62,891 bases of DNA, filler included, from Globobulimina sp. (GCA_003354225.1; 14 parts of 14 records of this genome joined end to end with filler, not necessarily neighbours in it), one strand, 5' to 3'. Positions 36,213-49,415 are shown, counted from the first letter of the whole stretch. A program made the numbers and translations. Notes: generated by a model not told the origin, from the sequence alone.

Positions 36213-38414
36213 TCACTTTTTATGTAATTGACCGAAAGTTCGAAACCATTGTAATTGATTATGTTTATATTGATTATTTTTTGTATTAATTAATTGATCA
36301 TATTTCATTGTAAAATATTTAATTATTTTAAATAATAAATATAATTCCGTAGTGTCATATAAATCCCATTCCAACAATGATATATTTAAGCAATCGATAC
36401 CAAATACAAAGTCCACAATAATACACAACACATCATTTGGTATAAATAAGTTAAAATTTTTATTTATTTTTATCGTTATTAACTTCAACAAATTCATCTT
36501 ATTGTCTTGTAATAACAATTGATTTTCCAATATTAAATCGATAAATTTTTTCATTTCAATAATTTCTAACTTTTCGCCATGATAAAAATGTCCAAACTGT
36601 GCACCAAATGAAATGACAATTGATTCATAGTAATTCCATGAAAGTTTGTACTGCGAATTATGCGAATGTCTTCGTTTTGGTTGTTTAAATAATTTGGATA
36701 ATGAATATAAAGTGGCCTTATCTTTGCGCAGTTGTCCAATTTCAATATTATTTAAAACCGTTTTTGTGTTTATAGCGGATAGCAACGCATTGAATTTTAT
36801 AGTATCTGCGCCATAAAAACAAATTAATGATAATTCCCGCAATGTATTTGAACTATATATCAAATGTAACAATGCTGATAAAGAAGCATCGCCGTAATGA
36901 TATCTTAAATTACTTAAAGAGGCTGAAGGTGTATTTGAATCAATACATGTTTGACTCGCTAATGATAATTGTTGTAAACTTTTAATACACGATTTATATT
37001 TCATTTTGCTGTCGGTGTAAAAAATACATTCTATTAAATCGGATAAATTATCATCACATAAATCACGCAAACAAATATTTATTACACATAAATCTCTATG
37101 ATTCTTAATAAAATTTATTAATATTTGCATAAAAAATTCATTTGACCCATTTACTACGCAGTCATTTCTTATATTTTTGAAATAAAATTCATGTAAATTA
37201 CAATGTGATTTATTTAAGATTTCGAATATTTTCTCACATAATTTTTTTATAAAATATATATTAATTTGATTTTGTTGATCATTTATATCTGTCTCACTCT
37301 CTTCATTTTCATCATAAATAATTATTGATATTGATGTTAATGATTTCAATTTTTTTAAAAATGCTAAAATCGGAGAAGCAGCAAATGCATAAAATGGGAA
37401 TGAAGAGACTTCAGTTTGCGACAATTTATCATCAATATGGATGGTTAAAGATTTTAAATTTTTAAAAATTGCAAGATCTGATAGTTCACTGTCAAAATGT
37501 GTAAAATAATCATAACATTCACCATTAAAATCAATTAAATTAAAATTAAATGATTCCAAACAATTCATACGTTCACATAATTTGAGTATTGATGAGATGC
37601 AACTTATCATCATATTATTCATATTATTATCAAATGACACATTTGATTTGAAACTTGCGTTTGAATTAATATTCAAACTGTTTCTCGAATGCCGCACTTT
37701 ATTAATATCTGCATTTTCATTTTCATTTTGATGAATTTGATGATATAATGTGAATTGAAGGGATATATTAATTAATGATTGTTTTGTTAATTGAATGATA
37801 TCATGTATTAATTTAAGCGATTCTATATTTACAAAATGATCAATGATTAATGTATCTAAATATGATATTATTTCTATGTTCTCATCCTTCATTAATATGG
37901 ATCGGAATATCTTTGATTTTTTATTATTATTACAATGTGATATTCCTTTAAGATCAGTGTATGACAATGACGCATATTGATTGAATGCATAGTGACTGTG
38001 CCGAGGAATATGGCGCAACATTTCATCATAACGGCTTACGGATGTGCGTTTTTCATGTTTTTTTCGTTTTTTTTGATTGTTTTCATTCGAATGGAATACA
38101 TTTTTATTATCTTCTGCATATTCCAATATATTTACAATTAGTGATGATAAATAACCATTAAATTCATCAATGATGCTGTATTCATTATGTTTGATAATTA
38201 TTTTATAGATTGGATCTGTTGTGTTGTTTGTCGGTGGATCCTTTGGAGATATTATTTGATGATTATTGATGATAAATTGTCGCATCCTGTCAATATGCTG
38301 TGAATTGTATGGATCTAATTCTAAGTCCTCACATTCCTTTTCTTCTTCATCGAGAGTTGATAGTAACTGTTGTATTTGGGCAAAAAATGGGTCGTCAGCA
38401 CTGTCAGTTGACAT
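36213..38414 (-). CDS. Uncharacterised leucine-rich-repeat/RNI-like protein
   Basis: Long ORF with recurring LxxLxL motifs (LKSLTI, LQQLSL, LRELSL); likely ATG at 38414. Confidence 0.65.
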   Translation of the reverse strand: MSTDSADDPFFAQIQQLLSTLDEEEKECEDLELDPYNSQHIDRMRQFIINNHQIISPKDPPTNNTTDPIYKIIIKHNEYSIIDEFNGYLSSLIVNILEYAEDNKNVFHSNENNQKKRKKHEKRTSVSRYDEMLRHIPRHSHYAFNQYASLSYTDLKGISHCNNNKKSKIFRSILMKDENIEIISYLDTLIIDHFVNIESLKLIHDIIQLTKQSLINISLQFTLYHQIHQNENENADINKVRHSRNSLNINSNASFKSNVSFDNNMNNMMISCISSILKLCERMNCLESFNFNLIDFNGECYDYFTHFDSELSDLAIFKNLKSLTIHIDDKLSQTEVSSFPFYAFAASPILAFLKKLKSLTSISIIIYDENEESETDINDQQNQINIYFIKKLCEKIFEILNKSHCNLHEFYFKNIRNDCVVNGSNEFFMQILINFIKNHRDLCVINICLRDLCDDNLSDLIECIFYTDSKMKYKSCIKSLQQLSLASQTCIDSNTPSASLSNLRYHYGDASLSALLHLIYSSNTLRELSLICFYGADTIKFNALLSAINTKTVLNNIEIGQLRKDKATLYSLSKLFKQPKRRHSHNSQYKLSWNYYESIVISFGAQFGHFYHGEKLEIIEMKKFIDLILENQLLLQDNKMNLLKLITIKINKNFNLFIPNDVLCIIVDFVFGIDCLNISLLEWDLYDTTELYLLFKIIKYFTMKYDQLINTKNNQYKHNQLQWFRTFGQLHKK

Positions 38415-38476
38415 TGTTTGAACTTTAAGAAAGTGGTAGCTAAAGTTTTTTTTAATGGTTTTCTTCATCTTCTAAC

Positions 38477-39624
38477 ATGTCCTCCGCGAACGTTTTACTT
38501 CCATTTTCTAAAATACTCAGTGGTAAACACTTTCCAATTGGCAAAGAATTTGAAGCATTTACAGATGATTTAGGATGCGCTAATACAGGACCAGGATATT
38601 TATTCGATTGCGCATGGTTTGACGCAATATTATCAGGCATCTTATTTGGTGTTGTTCTAATTGTCTCGCAATTAGTCTCTGAACGAATGGCAATCTATAA
38701 AAAATTAGATAACAATGAGCGTTATGACTGGGTCGCATCAGTTGCAAATTGGTTATTGTCCATTGTATCCACTGTTGGTTCCTTATATATTTTATCAATC
38801 AATTCATGGTATTTGGACCACGCCGGGGATCCCACCAATAATGTGAATGCTTACGATCATCAATTAAACTTTTTTGGTTACGTATATATTTTTATATCCT
38901 TGCACTCGCAATACATATGTGATGATGTCCAGTTCCATGGATGATTGGATATAATATTGGCCGTATACTCCATGTGATATCAGGACTGGTCCGGTCATTA
39001 AATGATGTGAATAAATGGGATATATTGCCGCATGCTTTGCATATTATATTGTACGGAGTCATTTTAGATCAGAAGAAATTTGGAATGATTGCTGTATTTC
39101 AAATGTTATTACAATCGCACCATTTATACACCGTACCACAAGTTATTATGGAATATACCAAGAACTCAAATAATTTATGTTATAAAATAACAGATTGGCT
39201 CGGCTTTTTTATTAAATTTTGTGTGTTGGTGTTTGCGGGACCGTATTGTATGGCGATATTATGGTATCATTGGAAACAAATGAAGAATTTTAGTTTTTTT
39301 ACACAAATGACCTATTTAATTGTGATTGGATTGAATACGTTATTATTTACTGGAGATGTTGCATTTGGATTTTATTGGGTTTATTGTCAAATTATGGGGA
39401 AAGATGCGAAAAAATGGTATAAAGATTTTATGAAAAGGGAAAGGAGAGAAAAAAGGAAATATAAAAGAGCTGGATATAAACATGTGAACGATTCAAATGA
39501 TCCACAAAATAATATGTATGACTCTGATGATGATACATCCGATGATGACGTGGATTTAGGACAAACTATGCCTTCTACCACTACTACTGCACAAACTGAA
39601 TTAACACAAAGAATTAAACAGTAA
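38477..39624 (+). CDS. TLC (TRAM/LAG1/CLN8)-like membrane protein; one intron (~38877-38932)
   Basis: YKKL...RYDWVASV, MIGYNIG, ILPHALH and several TM helices; g|gttac...ccag|tt joins the two ORFs. Confidence 0.65.
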
Positions 39625-39652
39625 GCACTTTTTTTTTAGTAAAGTTTTACAA

Positions 39653-40425
39653 ATGACCCTTCTGTTATTGTTTATTTTGCCGGGTGCCTTTCATGGTCCT
39701 GCAAGTTATGACAAATTGATTGATGCATTTAGTGCTTATAAACAAATAAACAAATGCAGAGTAATAATAAAATGCATTGATTATCAACGAGTAAAATATA
39801 TAACACAAAATAAAATGATAACGATGAGGACGTATATTGATGAATCCATGAAAAGCATAAAACATGAATACAGCAAACATGGTGATAATAAATGTTTGAT
39901 TTATTTGATAGGACATTCAATGGGTTCAAGACTATCCCAAATGGTAATTAATGACTTAATTAAATATGAGCAATTTAGCGTGAATGATATTGGTGGCTTG
40001 ATCCACATCGCAGGCACTGTCTTGAACAATGGCGAAACATATAAGGATTTGAGTGAGAAACATTATAAAATTGTTAGTAAACCAGAATTTAAACAAGAAA
40101 ATAATATAATACATTTTGGATGCACCGGTATCAACAAAGATGAGTGTTGGATGAGAATAAATACAGTTGAATTTGCCAAATATTATTTCCTTAATGACAT
40201 TGATAATAAAACAGTAATAAATTGGTTTTTTAATACATTACAACCAGAAATTACAAGTAATATTACGTTTGAAACATATTATGATGCAAATCTAGTGAAT
40301 TCAAAAAATATCAAAAATTTATATATTAATACATTGATGGACAACTGTATTAATATTAAACTGCAAAAGGAAATGTGCCAAGAATTCAATATCAATGATC
40401 GAATAGCAATGAATACTGGACATGA
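39653..40425 (+). CDS. Alpha/beta hydrolase (methylesterase-like), 3' truncated
   Basis: LPGAFHG oxyanion motif, LIGHSMG nucleophile elbow, D-NCI and terminal TGH. Confidence 0.85.
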
Positions 40426-40525
40426 NNNNNNNNNNNNNNNNNNNNNNNNNNNNNNNNNNNNNNNNNNNNTTAATTAATTAANNNNNNNNNNNNNNNNNNN
40501 NNNNNNNNNNNNNNNNNNNNNNNNN
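40426..40525. other. Artificial contig spacer
   Basis: 44 N + TTAATTAATTAA + 44 N. Confidence 0.99.
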
Positions 40526-40547
40526 TTTTGTAGATCTCTGAAAAGCA

Positions 40548-43500
40548 ATGTCTTTGTTATTGACTAATGACAAAACCCACAAGAAGGCCATGTCCAGCAG
40601 AAGTTTGCCCTCAATTCCAAACATTAAATCCGCCGCTTTTGAGATGCACGTGCATAAAACAAAAGAGCAAGAAACCAGAGAACGTGAAAATAGGCGAGAG
40701 AGGGCCACGCAGGAACTAATAAACTCTGAGACACAGTACAACATACTCTTAGCACTGTTAATGAAACACTATGTTTTACCATTACAAGATTATAAGACCA
40801 TAACCATGGATCAACACAATACCTTATTTCCTCAATTACAATCTGTCACACATTTATCTGACAATTTCTTAGCTGCACTGCAACAAAGAAGAGCCAAATG
40901 GGATGCAAACACTACCAAATTATCCGATTTATTTGACACATTTATTCCATATTTTCGAATGTATCAAGATCTCATTAACAATCGAGCAGAGACTGTTGAA
41001 TTATTAAACAAATTAAATCAGAAAACAAAATGGATTTCCTTCTGTCAAAAAGTTGGACCACGTTGCCAACGAATTTCATTATCAGAGTATATATTATATT
41101 CTTCTTTTTTTCTGTCGAATATATGATATAATACATAGTTTATTGGCGTTACCAACTCAACATTTGGTAAAATATGATGATATTTTGTCGCAAATATTGA
41201 CCAATACGTCTGTTAATCACATCGATTATGACAATTTACGCAAATCGCACCAATCATTCAATGAAACGGTGCAATTAATTAACGAGAAAATGATCGATTA
41301 TGATCGGAGACAGAATGTATGTAAAATCGAGAGGAAATTCAAAGACGATGTCAAGTTGTTGGAGCCGCACAGATCCTTTATTTGCGAAGGTAAATTATGG
41401 AAAATATCTGCTCACACAACCAAGGATCGGTTGTATCATTTCTTTTTGTTTAATGATTTATTGATTTATGCCTCATCCTTTGGACAAAAATATAAAATCC
41501 ATCACATGTTACCAATAAATAACAAGTTCAAAGTCGAGTGGTTTAACCACGCGAAAAAATATGGAACAGACAAAAATGGTCGGATTTTTTGTATAAAATC
41601 TGAGATAAAATCGTTTGTGGTATATGCGGAAACCGTTAATTTAGCCGTAGAGTGGGTATGGATTCTCATATTTATTGTGCTCGGCGAAAAAACAAAAACA
41701 AATACACATAACAAAAAGGTGAAGCAGTTGAAACAATGTGAAAGCAATCAAAATCGGCCCGAAGTAGCGACCTCCAGAGCTGCCAAAAAACTCGCAATTC
41801 CCAGACATGTCAAATATATCTCGGCTGAAACTTTGCCAGTTTGGGTCCCCGATTCTCACGCAAAGCAATGTGCTATTTGTAGTGGGAAGTTTACTGTGAC
41901 AAAACGAAGGTATTTACTTACATTAAAATGAATATTATATAGTCTGAGAAACGAATTTATAATTTATACAAGGCATCATTGTCGAAAATGTGGTGAGTTG
42001 GTTTGTGGCAAATGCAGTAAGTATAAGGTGGCAAATAAGGATGGCGTTCGACAGAGAGCCTGCAAAAGCTGTTATTGTGCCGTTAATCCATCCCATTCGT
42101 CGCCAGATAAAGCAGATAAATGGCAAGTTAGTGATGGCTTCCCTCAATTCCCTGCAATGGAAATAAGCCACGCAATGAAAATGGAAAGTAATTCATGGAT
42201 GTTTGAGTGTGAATTCATGGAAATGGAAAGTTCGAGCTGTGAATCAGATGCATCAGATTTCGAAAATGAAATAAAAGTACTTTACGGTTTGCCATATTAT
42301 GTGGAAACAGAAGATTATGAGAGTATATTTGATCAGTTTGGTGACGGAGTGGGAACATATATGTTAATCCCAGCTATTATGGATAAAGATATCTATTATA
42401 CTGTCAATTTAGTAGTTTATACAGAAAATGGATTTGATTTGTTTAAGGTATGTAGTAAAGGAAGCAAATAATTTGAATTAGAATATTCGCTGTATACATA
42501 ATTACATAATTACATATATTCGTTGTTTGTGCATTATTTGCTTCCCATACTGCCTTATTTACGTTAATCACAGATCAGTTTATTGGAAAAGAAAAGAATG
42601 GTCTTTAGATTGGAAACTAAACGCATGAAAAAAATTGACTTTAATTCAATGGATAAGTTATTACAATATCTACAAAGAAAAGAGAATGTTTCATTTAGTT
42701 ATCCGATACAAAGGATTAATATCGAAGTAACGGCTGAACATCAAATCAATTCGTATCCAAAAGCAAAAGCAATCTATGACTATGAGAGCAAAGAAGATGA
42801 GGATCTCACATTTAAGGTATATAATTAATTCATACTAATTTGTACACAAAATTAAAAATAATATGTGATGCAGACCGGAGATGTAATTTATGTGATCGAT
42901 AAAAGTGATCCATACGGATGGTGGCAAGGGATGATTGGAAATAGAAAAGGATTATTCCCCTCAAACTATGTTCAATTCATCGATGCAAACATGAATATAA
43001 ACATCGATGACAATGATATGGATGATGAGAAAGTGGACCATTTATATGTACATAAGAATAGCTATAGCAATCGGACCATGATTGAACACAACCATATCAA
43101 TATGACATTGATTGAACATGAGATATCGATGGATATCGGCGCCGAATTCGAATTAGCGATTATTGACGAAATCAAAGAGAATGAAATTGAAACAGTGGAT
43201 GAATTTGGCAATGATTGGGCCAAAATGGACGGAGCAACCCGGTATTTTTATAATTTCTTAGCAGATAATAACTTGGAGAGATATTTTGATAAATTTCGAG
43301 AGAATGAATGTTGTGATATTCGCGATATTGAGTATTTAATCGAAGATATTGATTTTTTGACCAATGAGATTGGAATGAAAAACCGCATTCATAGGAAAAA
43401 GTTATTGGGGGAATCGCGGAAATTAAAATGTAAAATGGATGTTTTTAAAGACATCAATATCATCCCACATGTTTTGGTACAAAAATTAATAAAATCTGGT

Positions 43501-43866
43501 GTGGTGACTATGGAGATTTTATGTTCAGAAATTAATAAGAAATCCGATTTAAGAACAAAATTGCATATAAATAATGAAAATCAATGTAAGTTGTTATGGC
43601 ATATCATTGACATGCAAATCAATCCACAACAACTCAAAAAGCAACACACTTATTCAGAAATTCAAGAAGGACAACAACATTATCAGGCAACAAATAATAA
43701 TATCGCTAAACCAGAACGCACCAAAAACGATAACGGAACATGGCATGTTGAGGATGATGCGATTGATGTTTATAATGTACCGCCTCCGCCTGCTCCTCCT
43801 TCTCCTCCTCCTTCTCCTCCTCCTCATGCATTACAAGAACACATTAAAACTTTATTTATAGATTAA
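40548..43866 (+). CDS. RhoGEF with DH-PH-FYVE-(SH2-like)-SH3-SAM and Pro-rich tail; five predicted introns
   Basis: DH ELINSETQY; PH FICEGKL..YHFFLFNDLLIY; FYVE WVPD..C..C..F..RRHHCRKCG..VC..CS; SH3 AIYDY..DLTF..GWW.G..GLFPSNYV; SAM FL..NLERYFDKF..IGM..HRKKLL. Confidence 0.88.
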
Positions 43867-44106
43867 TATACATTTATCTTTAATTGTTTTATTTGTTTAG
43901 TAATATTGTTACTATCTTTTGTTTTATTTGTACATTTATCTTTTGTTGATGGTAATATTGTTACTATTCAACATTGTTAGTCTTACTTTTATTAATTTTA
44001 TAGTCTTTATCTGATCGAACCAAACGCTTCTTTCTCGCTAAAAACGTTAATTTTGGACAAAATAGTTCCAGAAAAACTTAACTTCAGAAAAGTTACTCGT
44101 TTAATC

Positions 44107-44920
44107 ATGTCAACCTCAAGTCATAGAAGCAGTAGAAGCAGACATCGACGACATGAAGATAAATATAGCCGACATTCTTCTTTAGAAAAAAGCAGACATA
44201 TGCCATCACATTCACATTCACGTAGATACAGCTCACAGAGATATGATTCACACAGATCTCATCACCGAAGACACAAAAATAATTTATCAAAAACACGTAC
44301 ATATTCACATCGCCATCATAGCCGAAGCAGATCTCGTTCATATTCAAGATCAACATCGCGATCATCGCAGAAATCAGTAATAAAACGTCAGTCTAATGAC
44401 TTAAATAACAGATGCTATCATAATGTGAAACATAGCTATAACTCTCAAAGCAGCGAAACCACCACAGATACAAACAAAACATGTACCCATTCCCATTCAG
44501 ACAATAAAGTATCAGACAATAAATGTGATAACAAGCCAATTGCCACCAGATACCGCAAAAAATGGCATGAATGGGAGGAGATATTTATTGTTTCTCAACT
44601 AAATAAAATAAAAAATGATTGCGGTAAAACCACAAAAGTAAATGCCGCGGATTGGAAAAATATTGCAACCAAATTGGAGAATGAAACAAGAAAACGAACA
44701 AACTGTAAGGACTTAGAAGGACGGAGTTGGAATTCAGTGAAACAACGGTTTAATCGCAAAATATCAAAAAATTGTATTGAGAATGATGAAAATGACAATA
44801 ATAAAGTTTTAAAAACCGAAGTTGAGAAAAATTGTATATTGTACAGGCCGCTAAAGATTGAATATCAGAGTCGCAATGACAGCAACAATAAGGATGAAAA
44901 TGAGGAAATGATTGATATTT
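44107..44920 (+). CDS. Arg/Ser/His-rich protein with Myb/SANT-like domain, 3' truncated
   Basis: KKWHEWEEIFI...DWKNIATKL...GRSWNSVKQRF. Confidence 0.7.
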
Positions 44921-45020
44921 NNNNNNNNNNNNNNNNNNNNNNNNNNNNNNNNNNNNNNNNNNNNTTAATTAATTAANNNNNNNNNNNNNNNNNNNNNNNN
45001 NNNNNNNNNNNNNNNNNNNN
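44921..45020. other. Artificial contig spacer
   Basis: 44 N + TTAATTAATTAA + 44 N. Confidence 0.99.
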
Positions 45021-45022
45021 GT

Positions 45023-45640
45023 GGGGTCAGTAAGGATGATAATGTGATCAAAGCCATCATACCGAACATGAAAGATAGTGACAGCGGATCCAATCACAAT
45101 AAACATAATAAATCAACGTTGTCGATATTGGCGAGGGCCAGGGATCGCGGTCATTCGTCGGGCTCTCCATCGTATCCATCGTATAAAATCATGGCAAATA
45201 AGTTGACACCAAAACAGATTCGAGCCAGCATTCGATTGTATGATAAGTTATCACGGCTGCAAACGGAGGAGGATAGCTATAAATTGTTGGCCTTGTCATT
45301 GTGTAGGAGGTTAAAACAAGACGGCGCAAATTATAATTTTCAGCATCCGAAATATAACGGGAACAGTATATTGATGCTTTGCTGCCAGAATAATGTTGAG
45401 ATTATTATCACATATTTTTGTTTGAAGCTAGCACCGCAAGAGATTGATTTTAATTTGATTAATAACGAAGGGAATAACGCATTGATGATTGCGATTTTGA
45501 ACAAGAATGTAAGTAATGAGGTTATTCAATTGATTTCGGATAAAACTACGGATAAATTGTTAATGAATCATAATGGACAGACGACGGTGCAGTTAGCGCA
45601 GAAAATGGATAGAAATGATTTAATTGCATGTTTACAATGA
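45023..45640 (+). CDS. Ankyrin-repeat protein, C-terminal part
   Basis: NGNSILMLCC, EGNNALMIAI and NGQTTVQLA ankyrin motifs. Confidence 0.8.
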   Translation, partial: GVSKDDNVIKAIIPNMKDSDSGSNHNKHNKSTLSILARARDRGHSSGSPSYPSYKIMANKLTPKQIRASIRLYDKLSRLQTEEDSYKLLALSLCRRLKQDGANYNFQHPKYNGNSILMLCCQNNVEIIITYFCLKLAPQEIDFNLINNEGNNALMIAILNKNVSNEVIQLISDKTTDKLLMNHNGQTTVQLAQKMDRNDLIACLQ

Positions 45641-45802
45641 TATACAATTATTATATATTATACTTTTTACATTGTTTGAAACTTGTTCTGTTTCTGTTTC
45701 TTTCTCGTACCTTGTTTTATGTTGTTTTAAACAGCGTTATAATGACAAACTATTCAAAGCCCCTGTTTTATTCTACTCAAGTTTTATCTAAAGTTATCTA
45801 AT

Positions 45803-48800
45803 ATGGATGCGCCTATTGATTTAACTATGGATGATGATGATGATCTCAAGGGTGACAGTCACAGTGACGATGTTGTTTTTTTATATGAAACCAAAAACAA
45901 TAATCATAATACAAACAACGCACACAACGGAAGACGCACGGTCCGAGACTGGGATAACAACGCTTCATTGTTGCAATTCCATTTATTCCAACCACGACGC
46001 CGATACAATAACTACGATCGTTCAAACTCATTACATAACAACAGCAACAATAATAATCGACCAAACTCATTTAATAGTAACAAAAACAGAAATAATAACA
46101 GCAATAATATGAAATACAAAGATTCATTGCAAAATAGTCGACATTTTACCAAACACCGTACTCTCTCTGTATCCAATGTGCCATATGCAATAAAAGCAAA
46201 TCAATTAATGGAATTTTTAAATCAAGCCCCAACTTGTTATGGTGCGGTACAAAGGGTACATTTAACATCGTATGAACCAAATAGACATAGTGGAAAAGGA
46301 AGAATATTATTCGCGTCAAGGCAGATAACGAACGATGTGTTACATTATGATGTGAACAGTCATTGTTTTATAATCAGAGGTATAGCACAGTACATTTATC
46401 ACCTTCTGTCTGTTATTTTGATTGCGTACAAACAATAGGCAGAGAATTAAAATTTAATCGTTGGAAAACAAACAAACGACCGCAAGATGATCATAATGAC
46501 GCAAAGGAGAATAAGTATGATGAAGAACATGATGCAATGTATAATTTGGGTGCCGCCACCATAATGTTTGGACATCACTCATATCCCTATGTTATAAATC
46601 AAAATCACACAGAGCCATTTGATTCCGTTGCTTTTGACTTCGACAAACGATGCATCAGAGCACAGTCAACCTTCCCCATCAGTTATTTATCAAATAATAT
46701 GGCTACACCAAAAGCGATTGAATATAGAATATCATTTAAGGATATTATAAATGAAATAACTTACTATGAAAAGGAGAATATGATGGTTTTGAATCTGTAT
46801 CACCCCTTCAAAAAATATAAGATTTTCCCAGATACACAATATGAGGATTATGACACTGAAAAAAGTTTATGTCAACGAATACAACGGTCATTGTGTGACA
46901 GTAAATTTGCACAGAATATGTTTGTTATGATCAAGTTTAAGGAGAAAGACATGGAATCGATGGAGACATACAATTGTTTTATCTCATTACAAAAGTATGA
47001 ATTACTAAAAACAACCTCAGCTCCATTTAATTGCCGATTATTATCATTGCAAGAATCGAATTGTAACAATTTCACTGTCGGTAAACCACCGGAATGGATA
47101 TATAAATTACCAGAACATATTCAATATTTGTTAGCATGTTTACACACAAAACAGCCCGCAAAATTGTCGTATTCTTCCATGAATAATGATTCTAAATTCA
47201 TTGAAATAATTAACCAATTTAGTGACAAGAATATCAATGTGCTGCTTTCAACTGCCTTGGAGCATATGTTCTGGGTCGACAATGATTATATTGATGAGCC
47301 AGCACAAGCATTGCGTCATTATATCGATCAGAAATTTAATCCAACGCACTCAAATGACATGGAATCAGGATTTGGTCTAATACGGCATGCATGGGTCTCC
47401 TTGCCAGGCTTACAATTGTTACCACCTTATCTAGAGACTACAAACCGTGTCGTACGTTGGTATCCAGCATTGACTGATCATTTTATGCGAGTCACCTTTT
47501 GTGAGTGTGACGGAGCGCGTTTGTACGGACAGTCATTAAGTACAGAAACAACGCAATACATTGTTAACGCATTAAAAAAAGGGATATTTATTGGTAAGCG
47601 GAGATATGACTTTTTAGCATTTGGCAGTTCACAATTAAATGAACAATCCGTTTGGATGTATTATGATGATGGCTTTCACCCAAATATTAGTGCAGACACT
47701 ATCAGAGCAAGAATGGGCGATTTTAGTCATATTAAATCTGTCGCAAAATATGCAGCAAGAATGGGACAATGTTTTTCCACCACAGTGGATAGTATCAAAA
47801 CGAATGATGTTGTAAAGATAAACGATGTTACGTCCGACTTTCCTGCAGCACAATATATTGATGATATATTTACCAACGTTGGCTTTGCAAAGGATTTAAT
47901 TCCCTGCAAATCACCAACGCAAATCTGTTTTTCTGATGGAGTGGGACGAATATCGCCAGCCTTTGCAAGCAAAGTGGCCCACAAATTGGGGTTAAAAGTG
48001 AGACCGTCTGCATTCCAGATACGATATGGAGGTTAGAAAGGAATGGTGGCTGTATACCCAGAATGTAAACACGACTTAGAATTGAGACCAAGTATGAACA
48101 AGTTTGAAAGTGATGATGTCATGTTTGAAGTTTGTAGATATTCGTTTTGTTCGCCTGTTTACTTAAACAGGCAAATTATAACTTTATTTGAAACAGTAAA
48201 TCCCCAGATATCCACCACAAATATATTGGTGCAAATTGCTGCCAAAGTTATTGCCAAATTGACGGAAATGAGAATGGATAGAAGCGAAGCTATTAATCAG
48301 TTGAGATTGCGATCATTTGGTAATAGTCCATTATCGCCGATATATGGATTGGTTCAATTATTACAAAATAAAATGCCAATGCGACATCCATTTATATCGA
48401 CGGCAATTGACATTTTTGTACGCTCCGAATTGAAAAGTATACAAAATAGACATCGCATTTTAATTAAAGACGGTACCTCGATATTGGGCGTCATGGACGA
48501 ATATAATGTGTTGAAAGCGAATCAAGTCTTTATTCAAATACGTTCGCCATTGATTAATAAGAATAAACTTACGCCAATCATTGGAGATGTGATAATCACT
48601 AAATGTCCAGCTTTAGCACCCGGCGATTTGCGTAAATTTGAAGCTGTTGCGACTTGTCCACAGTTAAAACATTTAAAGAATGTGGTTGTATTTAGCCAGC
48701 AAGGGATCCTATCACCGACAATGCAAATGTCTGGCTCTGATTTAGATGGTGATATATATTGGATTACATGGGACAAAATGTTGTTGAAATGTTTTGAGAA

Positions 48801-49415
48801 TATCTATAATGACAAACCATTATATTTCCCAACTCCCAAACAGAAATTGGTTGACAGTGTTACTGTTGATGAGCTACAGCAATTCTTTGTGGATTATATG
48901 CAAATGGATTGTTTGGGAATGTTAGCACATTCACATTTGGCTGTTGCTGATCAGTCACATGGTGATAGAGCAAAAAATAAGAAATGTATAATATTGGCTG
49001 TATTGAATTCGTATGCCGTCGATTATCGCAAATCGGGCACACCGGTCGACATCAAACAAGTGACGAATTGGTATGGCATAAATAACAGAGAGTCATTGTT
49101 GCCGAGGCAATTTCCATACTTTATGAGAAAATATAATTCTGTGTATGCTTCAAAATATGCGTTGGGACAAATATATAGAATATGTTTCAGAGAGTTGCGG
49201 GATGTGAGTAATTATAATAATGAGCTTCATAAAACAAAGTGTGAGAGTTTTGATACATTATTGCGGATAAATGGTTGTGAGAAATATGAGAGAGAGGCGC
49301 GGAATGTGCTCGCTCAGTATTCCTACGATATATTAGCAATAAAGAATAGATGGTGCGTCAAAACCGAAATGGAAATATGGTTAAACAGACCTTTGAGTGC
49401 TTTCAATTTATTTTG
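45803..49415 (+). CDS. Cellular (RNAi) RNA-dependent RNA polymerase, RDR-alpha-like, with N-terminal RRM-like domain; intron 46380-46438; in-frame TAG at 48034-48036; 3' truncated
   Basis: NRVVR..FMRVTF, YDFLAFGSSQL, KYAARMGQCFS, FSDGVGRIS, SAFQIRYGG*KG, LRPSMNKF, LNRQII, GVMDE, PGD, SGSDLDGD and AVDY.K.G motifs in order. Confidence 0.93.

Noticed and set aside
48034-48036. Genome-wide TAG reassignment
   Set aside because: TAG ends other genes here (19901, 24114, 26766, 33694) and no other long conserved gene shows internal TAG.
48032-48036. Tiny GTTAG intron removing the RdRP stop
   Set aside because: Five nucleotides is too short for the spliceosome, would shift the frame and would break the GGxKG spacing.
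67-49415. PPR protein and RdRP stop as a linked editing system
   Set aside because: They are on different, unlinked contigs; the PPR has no deaminase domain and C-to-U editing cannot repair UAG.
45803-49415. Viral RdRP or endogenous virus
   Set aside because: DLDGD double-barrel motifs, an intron and an RRM-like domain identify the cellular RNAi family.
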